This document shows positions 1 through 11,924 of a stretch of 64,000 nt of DNA, piece after piece. Position numbers and translations under genes: made by a program. Position 1 is the first letter of the stretch. Each line of letters begins with the position of its first letter. Below the pieces are notes generated by a model. The model was given only the letters and a program-made list of their open reading frames with translations. It was not told the origin of the DNA and made no database searches. The stretch is from Callorhinchus milii (lineage: Eukaryota), in NCBI RefSeq assembly GCF_018977255.1, contig NW_024704742.1:102798001-102862000 (forward strand), in the 5' to 3' direction.

Positions 1-245
1 GTGCCTTTTACTTTGGGAGGATGTCACAAGGCACTCATTCTGTTTGGCACCCAAGCTGTGGTAGGAGCTAACAGGGGGAGCAGAAAGGTGAGTGAAAATG
101 TGATCAAAGAGGTAGGTCTTGAGAAGGACCTTTAACAAAGTGAGGGAGGGAGTCAGAGGGACTCCAGGATGGAGTTCCAGAGAGCAGGGCAGGTAGGCTG
201 AATGTCTTTCCACTGGGAGGATATTGTGCCTTTCACATCGGAGGA
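1..245 (-). mobile_element. Degenerate L2 LINE 3' end fragments
   Basis: Reverse complement resembles the L2 tail seen at 9000-9300. Confidence 0.6.
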
Positions 246-1827
246 AATCTGAAAGTGCTCCATAGGATTTAGTGTAAAGTGTAGTGACAGTATTTTGCAG
301 CAGTTGATTTGCACACAAACAGCCAAAAAGTGAATGAAAAATGTTCCCTGTGTCTGGAAATTTCAGTCTGGTTTGTAGACTCTTAAGCATAGTGTTAGGT
401 TTTCGCATGTATCAGATACCAGGCTTTACCAAAAAAAAATGCTATTCGTTTCACTTCACTATACATATGGAAAAGCTGTTTAGTCTGCATCTCAGACACT
501 CAGAGGTCACACCAAGCACAACCTAGATTGAAAAAAGTAATGTGTAGGTGAAATTAAGGCGTAAAGTCAGTAAGTGGGTTGAAGGTCAAATACTGTTCTG
601 TATATAACTAGAAACTATTCTTAATACATAAGAGTTCCCTTGTTCAAACTTATTCTTGTGTAAGGATATGCTTTCATGAACTCACTTCCTACGTTAAACT
701 CTAAATTAGCTAAACTCGCAGAAATAGTTTTAGCCACAGACATGATCAGGAATCATGTTTTTTTTAAATCATTTTTATGGCAAATGCAGAAGGAACGTAT
801 CTTTATGTCTTTCTCCCTAGTGGGTACCGTGCTAAAGAAGTAATTGCTGACTTTCTGTATTAAATCTGACAGTACACTGGCACTGGTGGAAAATTGTTAG
901 AATTGCTGTGGTATTCAGATGAATAAATAATACACCGCTTTGGATTGCAGTAAAATGAACCAAATCAGACCCATTTGTTCAGAAGAATAAAGCCCTAATT
1001 GAGAACATTTGCAAGGGGAATTGAAAGAGGTCTAGAAAAAGCCATTCGCATTTTACATCACCGCAGTCCCCTGGACAGACTGTTTTACAGCATGTGGCAA
1101 CTGGCTGATAGAAAGTTTAGAAACTTCATATTTGTTGGAATGGGATATACATTTGGGTACAATTCTGATTGAGGCTCACAGACAGGTCAAAGGAGAGCCA
1201 TTGCAGAGTCAATGATCAAAATAATTCTGTTATTTTACCATTTCTACCCTATCCTCTCACACAGTCCAAAAACTGGGACTGCAATTCGAAATCACAGACA
1301 TCCATCCCAAAGTCAACTAACGTATTTAATTGAAACGTGACAGAAGGCAATATTATTAGCAATCTGCATGCACTCACCAAATGGGTAAACTTGCAGGACA
1401 GACTGTGTGGGAGAGAGTGAGTGAGTGAGTGAGTGAGAAAGAGAGAGAGAGGGAGAGAGAGAATGAGAGGGAAAAACATTGCCCAGAAACGATTTGGGAG
1501 CTCTGAATTCGAAGCTGTTTCAGATTTGCAAACTTTTGCAACGCATTTTGCCACCAATTCGTGGCTGGATCGCAAAGCCTAAAAATCCTGAGAGCCCAGA
1601 GCTTCGGGTGGGAGGAAGAGTGACAAGTGACAAGCAGAGAGAGAGAGAGAGAGAGAAACCCTTGCAAATATTGGACCCATGCAAAACCCCGGAGCCTCCC
1701 ATTGACAATTCAGAAGGAATAACCCTCTGGAAATAACCCCAGAGGTTTGACATGGATTCACTTTACTGAGGCATTTTTGGTTTGGTTTTGCTTCAGTGAG
1801 AGCTGCACTTCTCAAACTGCAGTTAGT

Positions 1828-2256
1828 AGGTGTGTGTGAGTGGAGTGGAGTGAGTGGAGTGGAGTGAATGAGTGAGTGGAGTGGAGTAGAGTGAGTGAAA
1901 TGCAGTGGAGTGAGTGGAGTAGAGTAGAGTAGAGTAGAGTGGAGTGGAGTGGAGTGGAGTGGATTGGAATGGAGTGAGTGAAGTGAGTGGAGTGGAGTGG
2001 AGTGGAGTGCAGTGAAGTGCAGTGAAGTGGAGTGAAGTCAGTGAAGTGCAGTGAAGTGCAGTGAAGTGAGTGGAGTGATAATGCAGTGAAGTGCAGTGAG
2101 TGGAGTGATAATGCAGTGAAGTGCAGTGAGTGGAGTGATAATGCAGTGAAGTGCAGTGAGTGGAGTGATAATGCAGTGAAGTGCAGTGAGTGGAGTGATA
2201 ATGCAGTGAAGTGCAGTGAGTGGAGTGCAGCGGAGTGAGTGAGTGAGTGAGTGAGT
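1828..2256. repeat. GAGTG-type microsatellite with embedded 30-bp minisatellite in LVRN intron 1
   Basis: (GAGTG/GAGTA/GAGT)n. Unit gtgaagtgcagtgagtggagtgataatgca is repeated 4 times exactly at 2086-2205 plus partial copies. Confidence 0.95.
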
Positions 2257-2280
2257 TGGGAAGTTTCTCTGCTCACTTAC

Positions 2281-2870
2281 TTGTTGATGCCCTGGTCGAG
2301 GTAGTGGCTGATGTAGAGTCCTGTGGGCTCCTCGACCAGCTGCCCGCTGTAGTTGAGCTGGAGGGTGTAGTCCTGCCCGGGCTGCAGGTCGCTCTCCAGC
2401 TCGATCACCAGGAACTCATTCACAGCTTCAACCCAAGTGTCCTGGACGGCGGGAGCCCCTCTCGGGCTGATCCCCACCCCGGAGTATTTCAGCTCTTTGC
2501 TGTGGATCAGGACCACCCGCGTCTCCAGGCGGCATCTCAGTGTGACATTGACCTGTCCGCTGAACAGGTACACCCCGCCCTCCCCCGGCTCCAGCCTGGG
2601 CCAGACCTCCACCTGGTAGTGAGAGGGCATGAGGCTGGAGGGCAAACGGGAGTGGTTCCACACCCCAGATCGGCCAGTGGGAGTGGGCTGGGGGGCCGGG
2701 CTGGGGGGCTGCCCCACGGTGGGGGGCACCTCTTTGATGCCAGGCAGCCTGGCTCCGGCATAGAGAATCGCCAGCACAACCACTGCCAGCAGCAGGGCAA
2801 GCAGGAGCAGGGCAAGGAGGGACACCACCTTCCTGCTCACATAGAAACCAGACTGGGATTTGGGTTCCAT
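2281..2870 (-). CDS. LVRN: Laeverin (aminopeptidase Q, M1 family), coding exon 1; gene continues left of the window
   Basis: ATG at 2870 gives MEPKSQSGFYVSRKVVSLLALLLLALLLAVVVLAILY (short tail plus type II TM anchor), a Pro-rich stalk, then WNHSRLPSSLMPSHYQVEVWPRL...FSGQVNVTLRC...LIHS...GLYISHYLDQG. GTAAGT donor begins at 2280 (phase 2). The SGFYVSR start and the position downstream of AP3S1 favour LVRN over ANPEP. Confidence 0.9.
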
Positions 2871-3547
2871 ATCGTGGGGAGAGGTGGCAATCCGAGTCCT
2901 GTTGTGAGATCTGCTGCTCTCTTGGCTTTTATTTTTTTTTGTTACATTTTGCTCCAAGGGATGTGATGAGAAAGGGGCTGAGCCTAATCCCATTTGGACC
3001 AATATCCAATTGACTGGCAATCTGATCTGAGCAGCTTCGGTGAGGTTACACTTAGCGAGTCAACTCCCCCCCAGGATCCCACTTTACCAATGACAGCACA
3101 AAACGTAGTGTTTTCAAACCCCAGTGCCTCCAGTTAACTTTTTAACATAAAGGCTGGAAACTATTTCAGATGGATTAACGTTGCAGTGTGGAAAACAGGA
3201 TGAAAGGCAGCCAGGTTCTTGTTTAAATGAAATGGCCCACTGCAGGCAGCAGAACTGCACAAGAACAGTTTTAAAAAGAGTAAATGTTTATTCCAGACGT
3301 TTTATCAATTTTGTTATATGTACGTTTTTTGGTAAACTTCAGAAAGACAGTACTCTACAAATAGGGTGACGATATTTTGCAAACCAAATCCAGGGCCCAC
3401 ACACATATATATATATATGTTTTTATATGTACACATATATATATGTGTGTATATATAAAAAATTAAGTCACCGCATATCTTGGAGCTGGCAGTACTGGAG
3501 AAGTGTATTGGATTAAGGCTGTATTTCTCTGATGAGTGCATTTGAGG

Positions 3548-3746
3548 GGATTGCTATAGCGTGCTCACCTTGAAAGGTAGAGGACCCGGGTTCGATTCCT
3601 GGGCAGGGCGAAACCTTAGCCAGGTTTCCTTACTTCACATGCCTCTGTTTGCCCAGCAGTAAGTAGGAATCCGGTTGTTAGTCAATTGGAGGATCGCTTT
3701 CCGGGGCTAATAATCCCTCAAAAATAAATTTGGTCACGCAATGCAT
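3548..3746 (+). mobile_element. tRNA-derived SINE, 5' half (long variant)
   Basis: B-box ggttcgattcc, gggcgaaacctt..gtttccttact core. Continues at 9858. Confidence 0.8.
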
Positions 3747-4425
3747 TGAGTGCGAGGAGGTCATGGACTTCTTTTCATCTAAAATACATAACATCCGCCA
3801 GGTAGCCTCATCCACCTGCCTCTTATCGCCAACCACCATGCCCTTTTTGTCCCTCTCATCCTCCCCGTCATCTGCTCCTCCCACCACCCCCATCCTACAT
3901 TCCTTTCTCCCCATCTCTTCCTCTTCCCTCTCACCCACCATCACCTCCATGAAACCCACCATCTGCTGCCTCGACCCTCTCCCCACCAACTTGCTGGTCA
4001 TCCAGCTCCCCCTCCTTTGCCCACTACTGGCTGGCGTCATCAACCAATCCCTCTCCGGATCAGTCCCTGCCCCCCTCAAAACTGCTGTCATCACCCCCTT
4101 CCTCAAAAAAACCTCCTTAGATCCCTCAAACTCCAGCCACTGCTGCCCTATCTCTAACCTGCCCTTCCTCGCAAAAGTCCTAGAATGGGTTGTGGCCAAC
4201 CAACTTCGCGCACACCTCTCCTCCCACTCCCTCTTCGAACCCCTCCAGTCCGGTTTCCGCCCACAGTAAAGAAACTGCACTTGTGAAAGTCACAAACAAC
4301 ATCCTCTCTGTGACCAGGGCTCCTCTGCCTTCTTGTCCTCCTGGACCTCTCTACCACATTCGACACAGTTGATCACGCCATCCTTCTCCACCACCTTTCC
4401 TCCGTCATCCACCTCAGTGGGACCG

Positions 4426-5238
4426 TGTTCGAAAATAAAATCAGCCAAATCTGTAAGGAAATAACTCTAATTCCTCTAACCAGATATCAGACTGTTTTAT
4501 TACTATTCGTTCGTTATTCCCCAATATCCCGATGGGTCAGACCAAAGGCCAGTACAATCAACAGATCTTATAACAGAATAACACCACTATAGATATCTCG
4601 AGTTCAAGAGTTCAACACTGTGTCTTTACAGCACACAAGCTTGATTCTTCATGCTTTCAGTCTTCTTGCTTACAGCTTTCAATCTTCCATCTGATATCCT
4701 CAGTCTTAGTGTTTCCAGCTCTCAGTCTTCCATCTCCGTCCCTTGTCTCCCCAGCCTGAGACGGCTCCATCTCTCTTATCCTTGTCTCCGCGACCCGGGT
4801 CGGCTCCATCTCCCGTATCTTTGCCTCCGCGACCCGGGATGGCTCCATCTCCCGTATCCTTGTCTCCGCAACCCGGGACGGCTCCATCTCCCGTATCCTT
4901 GTCTCCGCGACCCGGGACGGCTCCATCTCCCGTATCCTTGTCTCCACGACCCGCGACGGCCCCGTACACAAAGTTATCGGAACTCTTATACCAATGTTCA
5001 TCCAATCATGGTGCGGACATTAGATCACCCGGTCGAAATCATGCTGGGTTCACGTGAACATCTCATGGGGTGTACCTGCCTCACACACACAAACACACTG
5101 TCCTTGAGACAGTCCGTTATCTCGTGTACGTGCAGGAAGTTTCAGTCCAGCTGCCCACAACACACTTAACTTAAAAGTTAACCCATTCGCAACATCTATT
5201 GTGATTCTAACATTATACAAAAAGTGTAAATTCTAACA
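4426..5238 (-). repeat. 3' LTR (813 bp) of the non-autonomous element
   Basis: Copy of 5807-6502 with about 17 substitutions outside the repeat array (manual count) and three extra 39-bp units. Confidence 0.92.
4741..4961. repeat. 39-bp tandem repeat (5 full copies plus partial) in LTR U3
   Basis: Unit ccttgtctccgcgacccgggacggctccatctcccgtat at 4741, 4780, 4819, 4858, 4897; partial at 4936. Confidence 0.95.
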
Positions 5239-5249
5239 GTCCCCACCTT
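5239..5249 (-). promoter_or_regulatory. Polypurine tract
   Basis: AAGGTGGGGAC directly before the 3' LTR on the minus strand. Confidence 0.7.
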
Positions 5250-5784
5250 GATACCAAATGAACATGAGGTATCACAAAACTACAAAAAGAATATAATATA
5301 AAATCAGAAAAATAGTACAAGGTCACACATCCTGGGAGTGAGGATGGTACTTCCAGGAGGCAAAGTCTCTTAATGAGCTTTCTCTCGAGTTTCACAGCTC
5401 AGTCGTAACCAACAGGTTATTTCCAGCAACCACAGTCACAATTGAAATCAACATTCAATTACTATTGGTCCCGGTCCCTCTCCTTACCGGAGGAACACTG
5501 ACTGTTCGAACGCCCGAAAGTTACTCCATCACTTACGCAATTTCCACATAAACACACAATATATCAACATATTCGAATGTCGTTCACACGCACATCAGCG
5601 CACTTAAATGCCTGGTGCGATCGCCAGCGTACTCAAACGCCTGACAAGGAGACAATCACAAACTTCCTAGGTAAGGTCAAATATTCAGCTTTAAAAACAA
5701 TCAGACGTTGATGTATTCAAACATGCAACATCATTAAACGTTCGTCAAGGCTTGATTGTACCTCCCTTGTCTGTTTACTGGGGA

Positions 5785-5802
5785 ATCCTGCCGACTACGC
5801 CA
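5785..5802 (-). promoter_or_regulatory. Primer-binding site, tRNA-Ser
   Basis: TGGCGTAGTCGGCAGGAT, 4 nt from the LTR end, complementary to the 3' end of vertebrate tRNA-Ser(AGA/TGA) ...ATCCTGCCGACTACGCCA. Confidence 0.92.
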
Positions 5803-5806
5803 AAAC

Positions 5807-6502
5807 TGTTAGAAAATAAAATCAGCCAAATCTGTAAGGAAATAACGCTAATTCCTCTAACCAGATATCAGACTGTTTTATTATTATTCGTTCGTTATTC
5901 CCCAATATCCCGATGGGTCAGACCAAAGGCCGGTACAATCAACAGATCTTATAACAGAATAGCACCACTATAGATATCTCAAGTTCAAGAGTCCAACACT
6001 GTGTCTTTACAGCACACAAGCTTGATTCTTCATGCTTTCAGTCTTCTTGCTTACAGCTTTCAATCTTCCATCTGATATCCTCAGTCTTAGTGTTTCCAGC
6101 TCTCAGTCTTCCATCTCCGTACCCTTGTCTCCGCAGCCCGAGATGGCTCCATCTCTCTTATCCTCGTCTCCGCGACCCGGGACGGCTCCATCTCCCGTAT
6201 CCTTGTCTCCGCGACCTGGACGGCCCCGTACACAAAGTTATCGAAACCCTTATACCAATGTTCATCCAATCATGGTGCGGCCATTAGATCACCCGGTCGA
6301 AATCATGCTGGGGTCACGTGAACATCTCATGGGGTGTACGTGCCACACACACACAAACACACTGTCCTTGAGACAGTCCGTTATCTCGTGTACGTGCAGG
6401 GAGTTTCAGTCCAGCTGCCCACAACACACTTAACTTAAAAGTTAACCCGTTCGCAACATTTATTGTGATTCTAACATTGTACAAAAAGTGTAAATTCTAA
6501 CA
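5807..6502 (-). repeat. 5' LTR (696 bp) of the non-autonomous element
   Basis: TG...CA with 8-bp terminal inverted repeat. On the minus strand, TATAA near 5950 and AATAAA near 5880. Two full 39-bp U3 repeats plus a partial copy. Confidence 0.92.
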
Positions 6503-7118
6503 ACCGCACCGCCTGATTCGAGTCATACCTCACAAACCGCCAGCAGTACATCTGCACAAATGGCTTCTCCTCCCGCTCTCACTCGGTTACCTGCGGGGTA
6601 CCCCAAGGATCCATCCTTGGCGCCCTCCTCTTTCTGATCTATATGCTCCCTCTTGGGGATGTCATCCGCAGACATGGGGTACATTTCCACATGTATGTGG
6701 ATGACACCCAACTCTAATTTCCACCTCTCTTTGCGACCCCCAGTCCCCTGATGTTCTGTCAGCCTGCCTGTCAGACCTCAGGGGCTGGATGAGGGCAAAT
6801 TTCCTTCAGCTGAACGTTGACAAGACAGAAGCCATACTCTTTGGCTCTCGTCAATGTCTAAAATCTCACGGCTCTCACCTCCTCCACCTACCCTACCTCG
6901 CATTAAAACTCTCCGAACCTGTACGCAACCTAAGCGTCAGGTTCGACCCCCAATTATCCTTCCTCCCCCACATCTGGTCCCTCATCAGCACCGCTTTTTC
7001 CACCTCCAATGCATCATCCGTCTCCGCCAATACCTCTCTCCGAAAGCCACGGAAATCCTGGTCCATGCCTTTGTCACCTCTCAGCTGGACTATTCTAACG
7101 CCCTCCTCGCCGGTCTCC

Positions 7119-9329
7119 TTGCCCCCATCACTTCCCGCACTGTCTCCTACTCCCGCTCCTCCCCCTGGTACACCACCCACCTCCGCTCACTGAAATGCCA
7201 GGTGCGGGCTGCTGAGCGCACCTTTGTCAAATCTGGCCTAACGGTCCACCGACAAATCTGGCTGGACCTCCTCAAAATTTACCGCTCCACTCTAGCCTCG
7301 GCCAAGTCGTCCTTCTACTCCAGGATAATCCTGGAGGCGAAGAACAACCCCAGGCTACTGTTTTCCACCACATCCCGACTCCTCCGTCCCCCCCGCCACC
7401 CCGCGCAGGTCATCTCCTCCAACCTTCACTGCGAGGAGATGCTGGATTTCCTTGAATCCAAGATCAAAGGAATCCGCTCCGCGGTCACTTCCCCTCCAAC
7501 TTCCACCCACCACCCACCCCTTCCCTCCCACACTCCGACTCCTACCCATCCTCCCCTACACACCTTCGTACCCGTTTCCCCACCCTCTGTCACTGAACTC
7601 ATCCTATCCCTAAAACCAACCACCTGCTCCCTTGACCCCATCCCCACTCCACTCCTTATCTCCCAGCTCCATTTTCTTGCCCCACACATCACTGACATCA
7701 TAAACCTGTCCCTCTCCTCTGGCTCTGTCCCCATTCCATTAAAAACTGCCATCATCACGCCCACCCTGAAAAAACCCTCCCTTGATGCGTCGCAGCTATC
7801 AAGCTACCGGCCCATCTCCAACCTCCCCTTTCTCTCCAAGGTCTTGGAAAGAGTTGTCGCCTCCCAACTGCGCTCTTTCCTCTCCACCCATTCTCTTTTT
7901 GAACCCCTTCAGTCAGGTTTCCGTGCTGCTCATAGCACAGAAACTGCCCTGGTCAAGGTCACCAATGATATCCTGACCATCTGTGACCAGGGCTCCCTCT
8001 GTCTCCTCGTCCTCCTCGACCTATCGGCAGCATTCGATACGGTCGACCACGCTATCCTACTCCACCGCTTGTCCTCCCACCTCAACCTTCAAGGCACTGT
8101 CCTTGAATGGTTTAGCTCTTACCTTTCCCACCGTCTTCACTTCGTCTCAACGAATGGCTTCTCCTCCACCCCCCGTACTGTCTCATGTGGTGTCCCTCAG
8201 GGCTCTGTCCTCGGTCCCCTCCTCTTCACCCTCTATATGCTCCCCCTTGGTGACATCATCCGCAAACATGGGGTTAACTTCCACATGTATGCGGATGACA
8301 CCCAACTCTACCTTTCCTCCTCTACTCTCAACTCCACGACCACCGATGTCCTGACAGCCTGCCTGTCCGACATCGAGTCCTGGACGAGAGACAACTTTCT
8401 TCAGCTCAACGTGCGAAAAACCGAGGCCCTCCTGATTGGCTCACGTCAGCGCCTCCGCACCTCAGGCGCTGACACCATCAGCATCCAAGGCTGCACTCTC
8501 CACCTCTCAAAGCCAGTCAGGAACCTCGGCGTTTTGTTCGACCCTGAGCTGTCCTTTCTCCCTCACATCCGCACCACAACTGGCACCGCCTTCCATCACC
8601 TCCGGAATATCGCCAGATTACGGCACTACCTCACCCCTCACGCTGCTGAAACCCTGGTTCACGCCTTTGTCACCTCAAGGCTGGACTATGGGAACTCTCT
8701 CCTCGCCGGCCTTCCCGCACCTCCCTCCACAAGCTGCAGGTCATTCAGAACTCTGCAGCTCGTGTACTGTCCCGCACCAGGCTTCGCGACCACATCACTC
8801 CCACCCTCGCTCGCCTCCACTGGCTCCCCATCCCCCAGAGGATTGATTTCAAGATCCTCATCCTCACCTACAAGGCCATTCACGGCCTTGCTCCCTCCTA
8901 CCTCTCCAACCTACTATCCCCCTACCTACCTGCCCGTACCCTCCGTTCCTCTGGCTCCGGTCTGCTCCACGTCCCCCGCCCCAACCGCCCTACCATCGGT
9001 GGTCGGGCCTTCAGCCTCTCAGCCCCAGGCTCTGGAACTCCATCCCCCAGTGCCTTCGCCTTGCTTCCTCCCTTTCCTCCTTCAAGGCCGGTCTCAAAAC
9101 CTTTCTCTTTGACCGTGCCTTCAGCTCCCCTCTCGACTCTCTTCCTCCTCCTCGCTCCCTCCCTTCCCTCCCCTCACCCTGACCATTTCCCCCCTCCTCT
9201 CTCCCTCCCTTCCCTCCCCTCACCATTTCCCCCCTGCTCGGGTCATGACCCAACTGTGCAGCGCCTTGGGACGTCCTCCTGACGTGAAAGGCGCTCTATA
9301 AATGGAATCTTGTTGTTGTTGTTGTTGTT
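7119..9329 (+). mobile_element. Young 5'-truncated L2 LINE with near-intact reverse transcriptase
   Basis: [59 protein letters not shown]. One frameshift near 8718. Stem-loop tail plus (ttg)n. Probable TSD GTCTCC at 7113-7118 and 9330-9335. Confidence 0.92.
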
Positions 9330-9857
9330 GTCTCCCATCCACTACCATCCATAAAATCCAGATTATTCAAAACTCTGCCGCCCGCATTCTCACCTGCACC
9401 AAACTCCACTCCCCCGATCACCCCAGTTCTTGCCAGACTGCACTGGCTGCCTGTCCCAGAGAGGATCGATTTCATGATCCTCACCTTTGTATTGAAATCC
9501 CTCCACTCCTCTGCCCCCCCCACCTCTCTGACCTCTTCTCTCCTCAAAACAGTACCCGTTCCCTTCATTCCTCTGGGTCTGGCCTCCTCCTTGTCCCCCG
9601 AGTCCTCTGCTCCACCCTTAGCTGCCATGCCTTCAGCCACTATGCCCCGAGGCTCTGGAATTCCCTTCCTCACTCCCTTCGCCTTGCTCCCTCTCTTCCT
9701 ATTTTCAGGTCTCTGCTGAACACCTTTCTTTTCAACTGCACCTTTGGTCACCTTCCTCCCATTCCCCCTGGCTAGGCCCCGGGATCCGTTACTATGAAGT
9801 GTTCTGAGATACCGTCTGGTGTGGAGGGCGCTATATAAATCCAAGTTGTTGTTGTTG

Positions 9858-10009
9858 ACTGTTTGTGGGACACTGCTGTGCGCAATTGGCTGCCGTGTTT
9901 TGCCCACACAATATATGGTCAATTCATTTTACAGTATATACTGTGAAGTGCTTTGAGACGTTTCAACGGCATGATAAGGAGCTATATCAAATGCAAGCAT
10001 TATTATTAT
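9858..10009 (+). mobile_element. tRNA-derived SINE, 3' half (continuation of 3548-3746)
   Basis: ctgtttgtgggacactgctgtgcgcaattggctgcc...aaatgcaagcattattatta. Confidence 0.8.
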
Positions 10010-11004
10010 CTGTTTTAGAATTTTATTGTTTTTGCTTAGTTTGTTGCTGAGCTCAAGTTAGGGCAAATTTGGCCAAGGACACAATCCTTAATACTGAAAA
10101 TCAGGGACATATGATCATCCTAACTACAAACCCACCGTTTATCGATCATGATGATTTTCTTTGGTTTACAATTGTGCATGCTCCTCTGTCAAGATGCACA
10201 TGGGTTGAGATGAGCACACATTCTTTTTATTTAGTTGATAAACATAACTCCTTCCTAAACTCCTAGTAGAACGACAATTATCGGCATTCACATTTTATGG
10301 CTGCAAGGAATTATAAACGAATCAGTCCATTCTGTGTTCTGGCAGCAAACTGGGGAAAATGGTAAGAAAATAAGCCACTTCCACATGTTCCACCAGACTT
10401 TTATTTTCTTTAAGACTTTGTGAATCCCCACATTACATTTTCCCAAGCTCATGGAAACTACAAGAAAACTTATTTTTCTTGTAGTTTTAGGAGAGAAAAC
10501 TTATATCAAAGGTTATGAGGAAGAGCAGAGGGATTAGAGCAGATAGCTGTAGTTGGGAGAATTAGTAGTAACAGCCATAAAGAGCCAAATGGTCTCATGT
10601 GCACATGTGCTGTAAACTTTCTATGACTATATTTAAAGCATTGTTAGCCCCAACCTAATGAAACAATGAATTAAATATTGCTTTAATTGCAGTCATTTGC
10701 ATCATTGGGTGGGGGGCAGGCGGGCGGCGGGAATCAGAGACCTAAAAAAAATGTTGAACTGGATGGCTGTTTGTAGGATTTTGCTGTGCAAAATCATGCT
10801 GCCATGATTGTCTACAAGTACAGTCACAGCACTTTACAGTAAAGAAAATCCTGTGAAGCACTTTAAGCCATTTTGCCAATGTGGTAAACACTAAGATTAT
10901 TGTTATTACTGCAGTCCTTTGTGCTTCTTTGACATGTCTAATTGGATTTTTCTCAATTGGAATCTATTGTTGGCCATCCCCAGAGTATACAACTATTTAT
11001 ATTG

Positions 11005-11320
11005 ATGTAGTGCTTAGTGCCTTTCATTGGGGAGGAAAGATGACAAAAAGTGTGGTCAAATAGTTATAGCTTGAGATGGGCCTTGAGTCAGGGGAGAGAC
11101 GGAGGAAGTCAAAGGGATCCCGGGATTGAATCCTCGGGAGTAGGGACAGAATGGTTGAAAGCCTCCCTACTGACAGTGGAGGGGAGAGGACAGGGGACAT
11201 GAAGCAGGTCAATGTTCACTATGCGAATGGAGCATCGGGGTCAGTAGAGTTGAAGGAGCTCACAGAGGTAGGGTTAGATGAGACCATGCAAGAAGGTGAG
11301 AACAAGGATCTTTAATTCGA
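11005..11320 (-). mobile_element. Degenerate L2 3' fragment
   Basis: Similar to the reverse complement of 8850-9300. Confidence 0.6.
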
Positions 11321-11924
11321 GCTACCAAATTCGATCAACAAGAGTTCTGCAGTCAAAAATATAATAGATTCATGCCTACATTTAAATAGTAAAATGTTAT
11401 AATGTGCAGCTGCTGAATCCCCAGTGAGTGCTGAATTTATTATTTGTTGCAAAACTTATAAAGGTCAAACCAGGGCACCAAGAAGTGGTGCAAATCCATT
11501 TGAGATGTTAATTAAAAACAGCAATAACACAAACGGTAATTGTCAAGCAGATGTTTGTGAAAGGGGTTAGAGGCAAGTTAGATAACACACGGCCATACTG
11601 CAATTGGTTTTGAATTTTTCTTTGTGTGTTCAGTTCATATTTTCTGTGCAGGATGAAAGTGTTGCCAAACGAATTGATTTTCTCACATGCACGGGGATAA
11701 TCAGTTCCGAGGATAAAAAGAGAAAATGTCAGAAGCCACTTCAGGTCAGTCAGTAACTGAAATAAAAAAAATAGATTAATATGTTGGGTTTGACTAAATC
11801 TCTATACCTGGTTCACGTCCGATCTCTGTCTTAAATATTTCTTAATGTTGGTGTGTAACTTACTGAATAAATCGAATATTACAACATGGAAACTGGTCAT
11901 TCAATCCAACTAATGTGCACTGGT

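Larger units (their letters stand above)
4426..6502 (-). mobile_element. Complete non-autonomous LTR retroelement (TRIM-like; two LTRs plus 568-bp non-coding interior)
   Basis: Direct repeats 4426-5238 and 5807-6502 with TGTT(A/C)GAA...TTCTAACA ends. TSD ACCG at 4422-4425 and 6503-6506. PBS and PPT are present on the minus strand. Confidence 0.95.
3750..9857 (+). mobile_element. Older L2 LINE in three pieces (3750-4425, 6503-7118, 9331-9857)
   Basis: Degenerate ORF2 ([20 protein letters not shown] motifs, [13 protein letters not shown]) resumes colinearly across both insertions. Ends in tataaatccaag(ttg)n. Confidence 0.85.

Noticed and set aside
1812..2966. ORFs 1812-2276 (-) and 2247-2966 (+)
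   Set aside because: The first is translated minisatellite; the second is the antisense shadow of the GC-rich LVRN exon.
2871..3020. 50-aa N-terminal extension of the LVRN ORF
   Set aside because: It starts at a non-ATG codon. Homology and type II topology begin at ATG 2870; the ATG at codon 10 is not excluded but is unsupported.
4741..4961. CRISPR-like array
   Set aside because: Head-to-tail 39-bp units with no unique spacers, inside an LTR, in a vertebrate context.
4651..6433. Repeat-rich ORFs in the LTRs
   Set aside because: Open in several frames only because of the 39-bp repeat; no protein motifs.
6854..9112. 752-aa ORF as a real gene
   Set aside because: Chance in-frame join of an old L2 piece and a 5'-truncated young L2 at 7118/7119. 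No endonuclease, and a frameshifted C-terminus.
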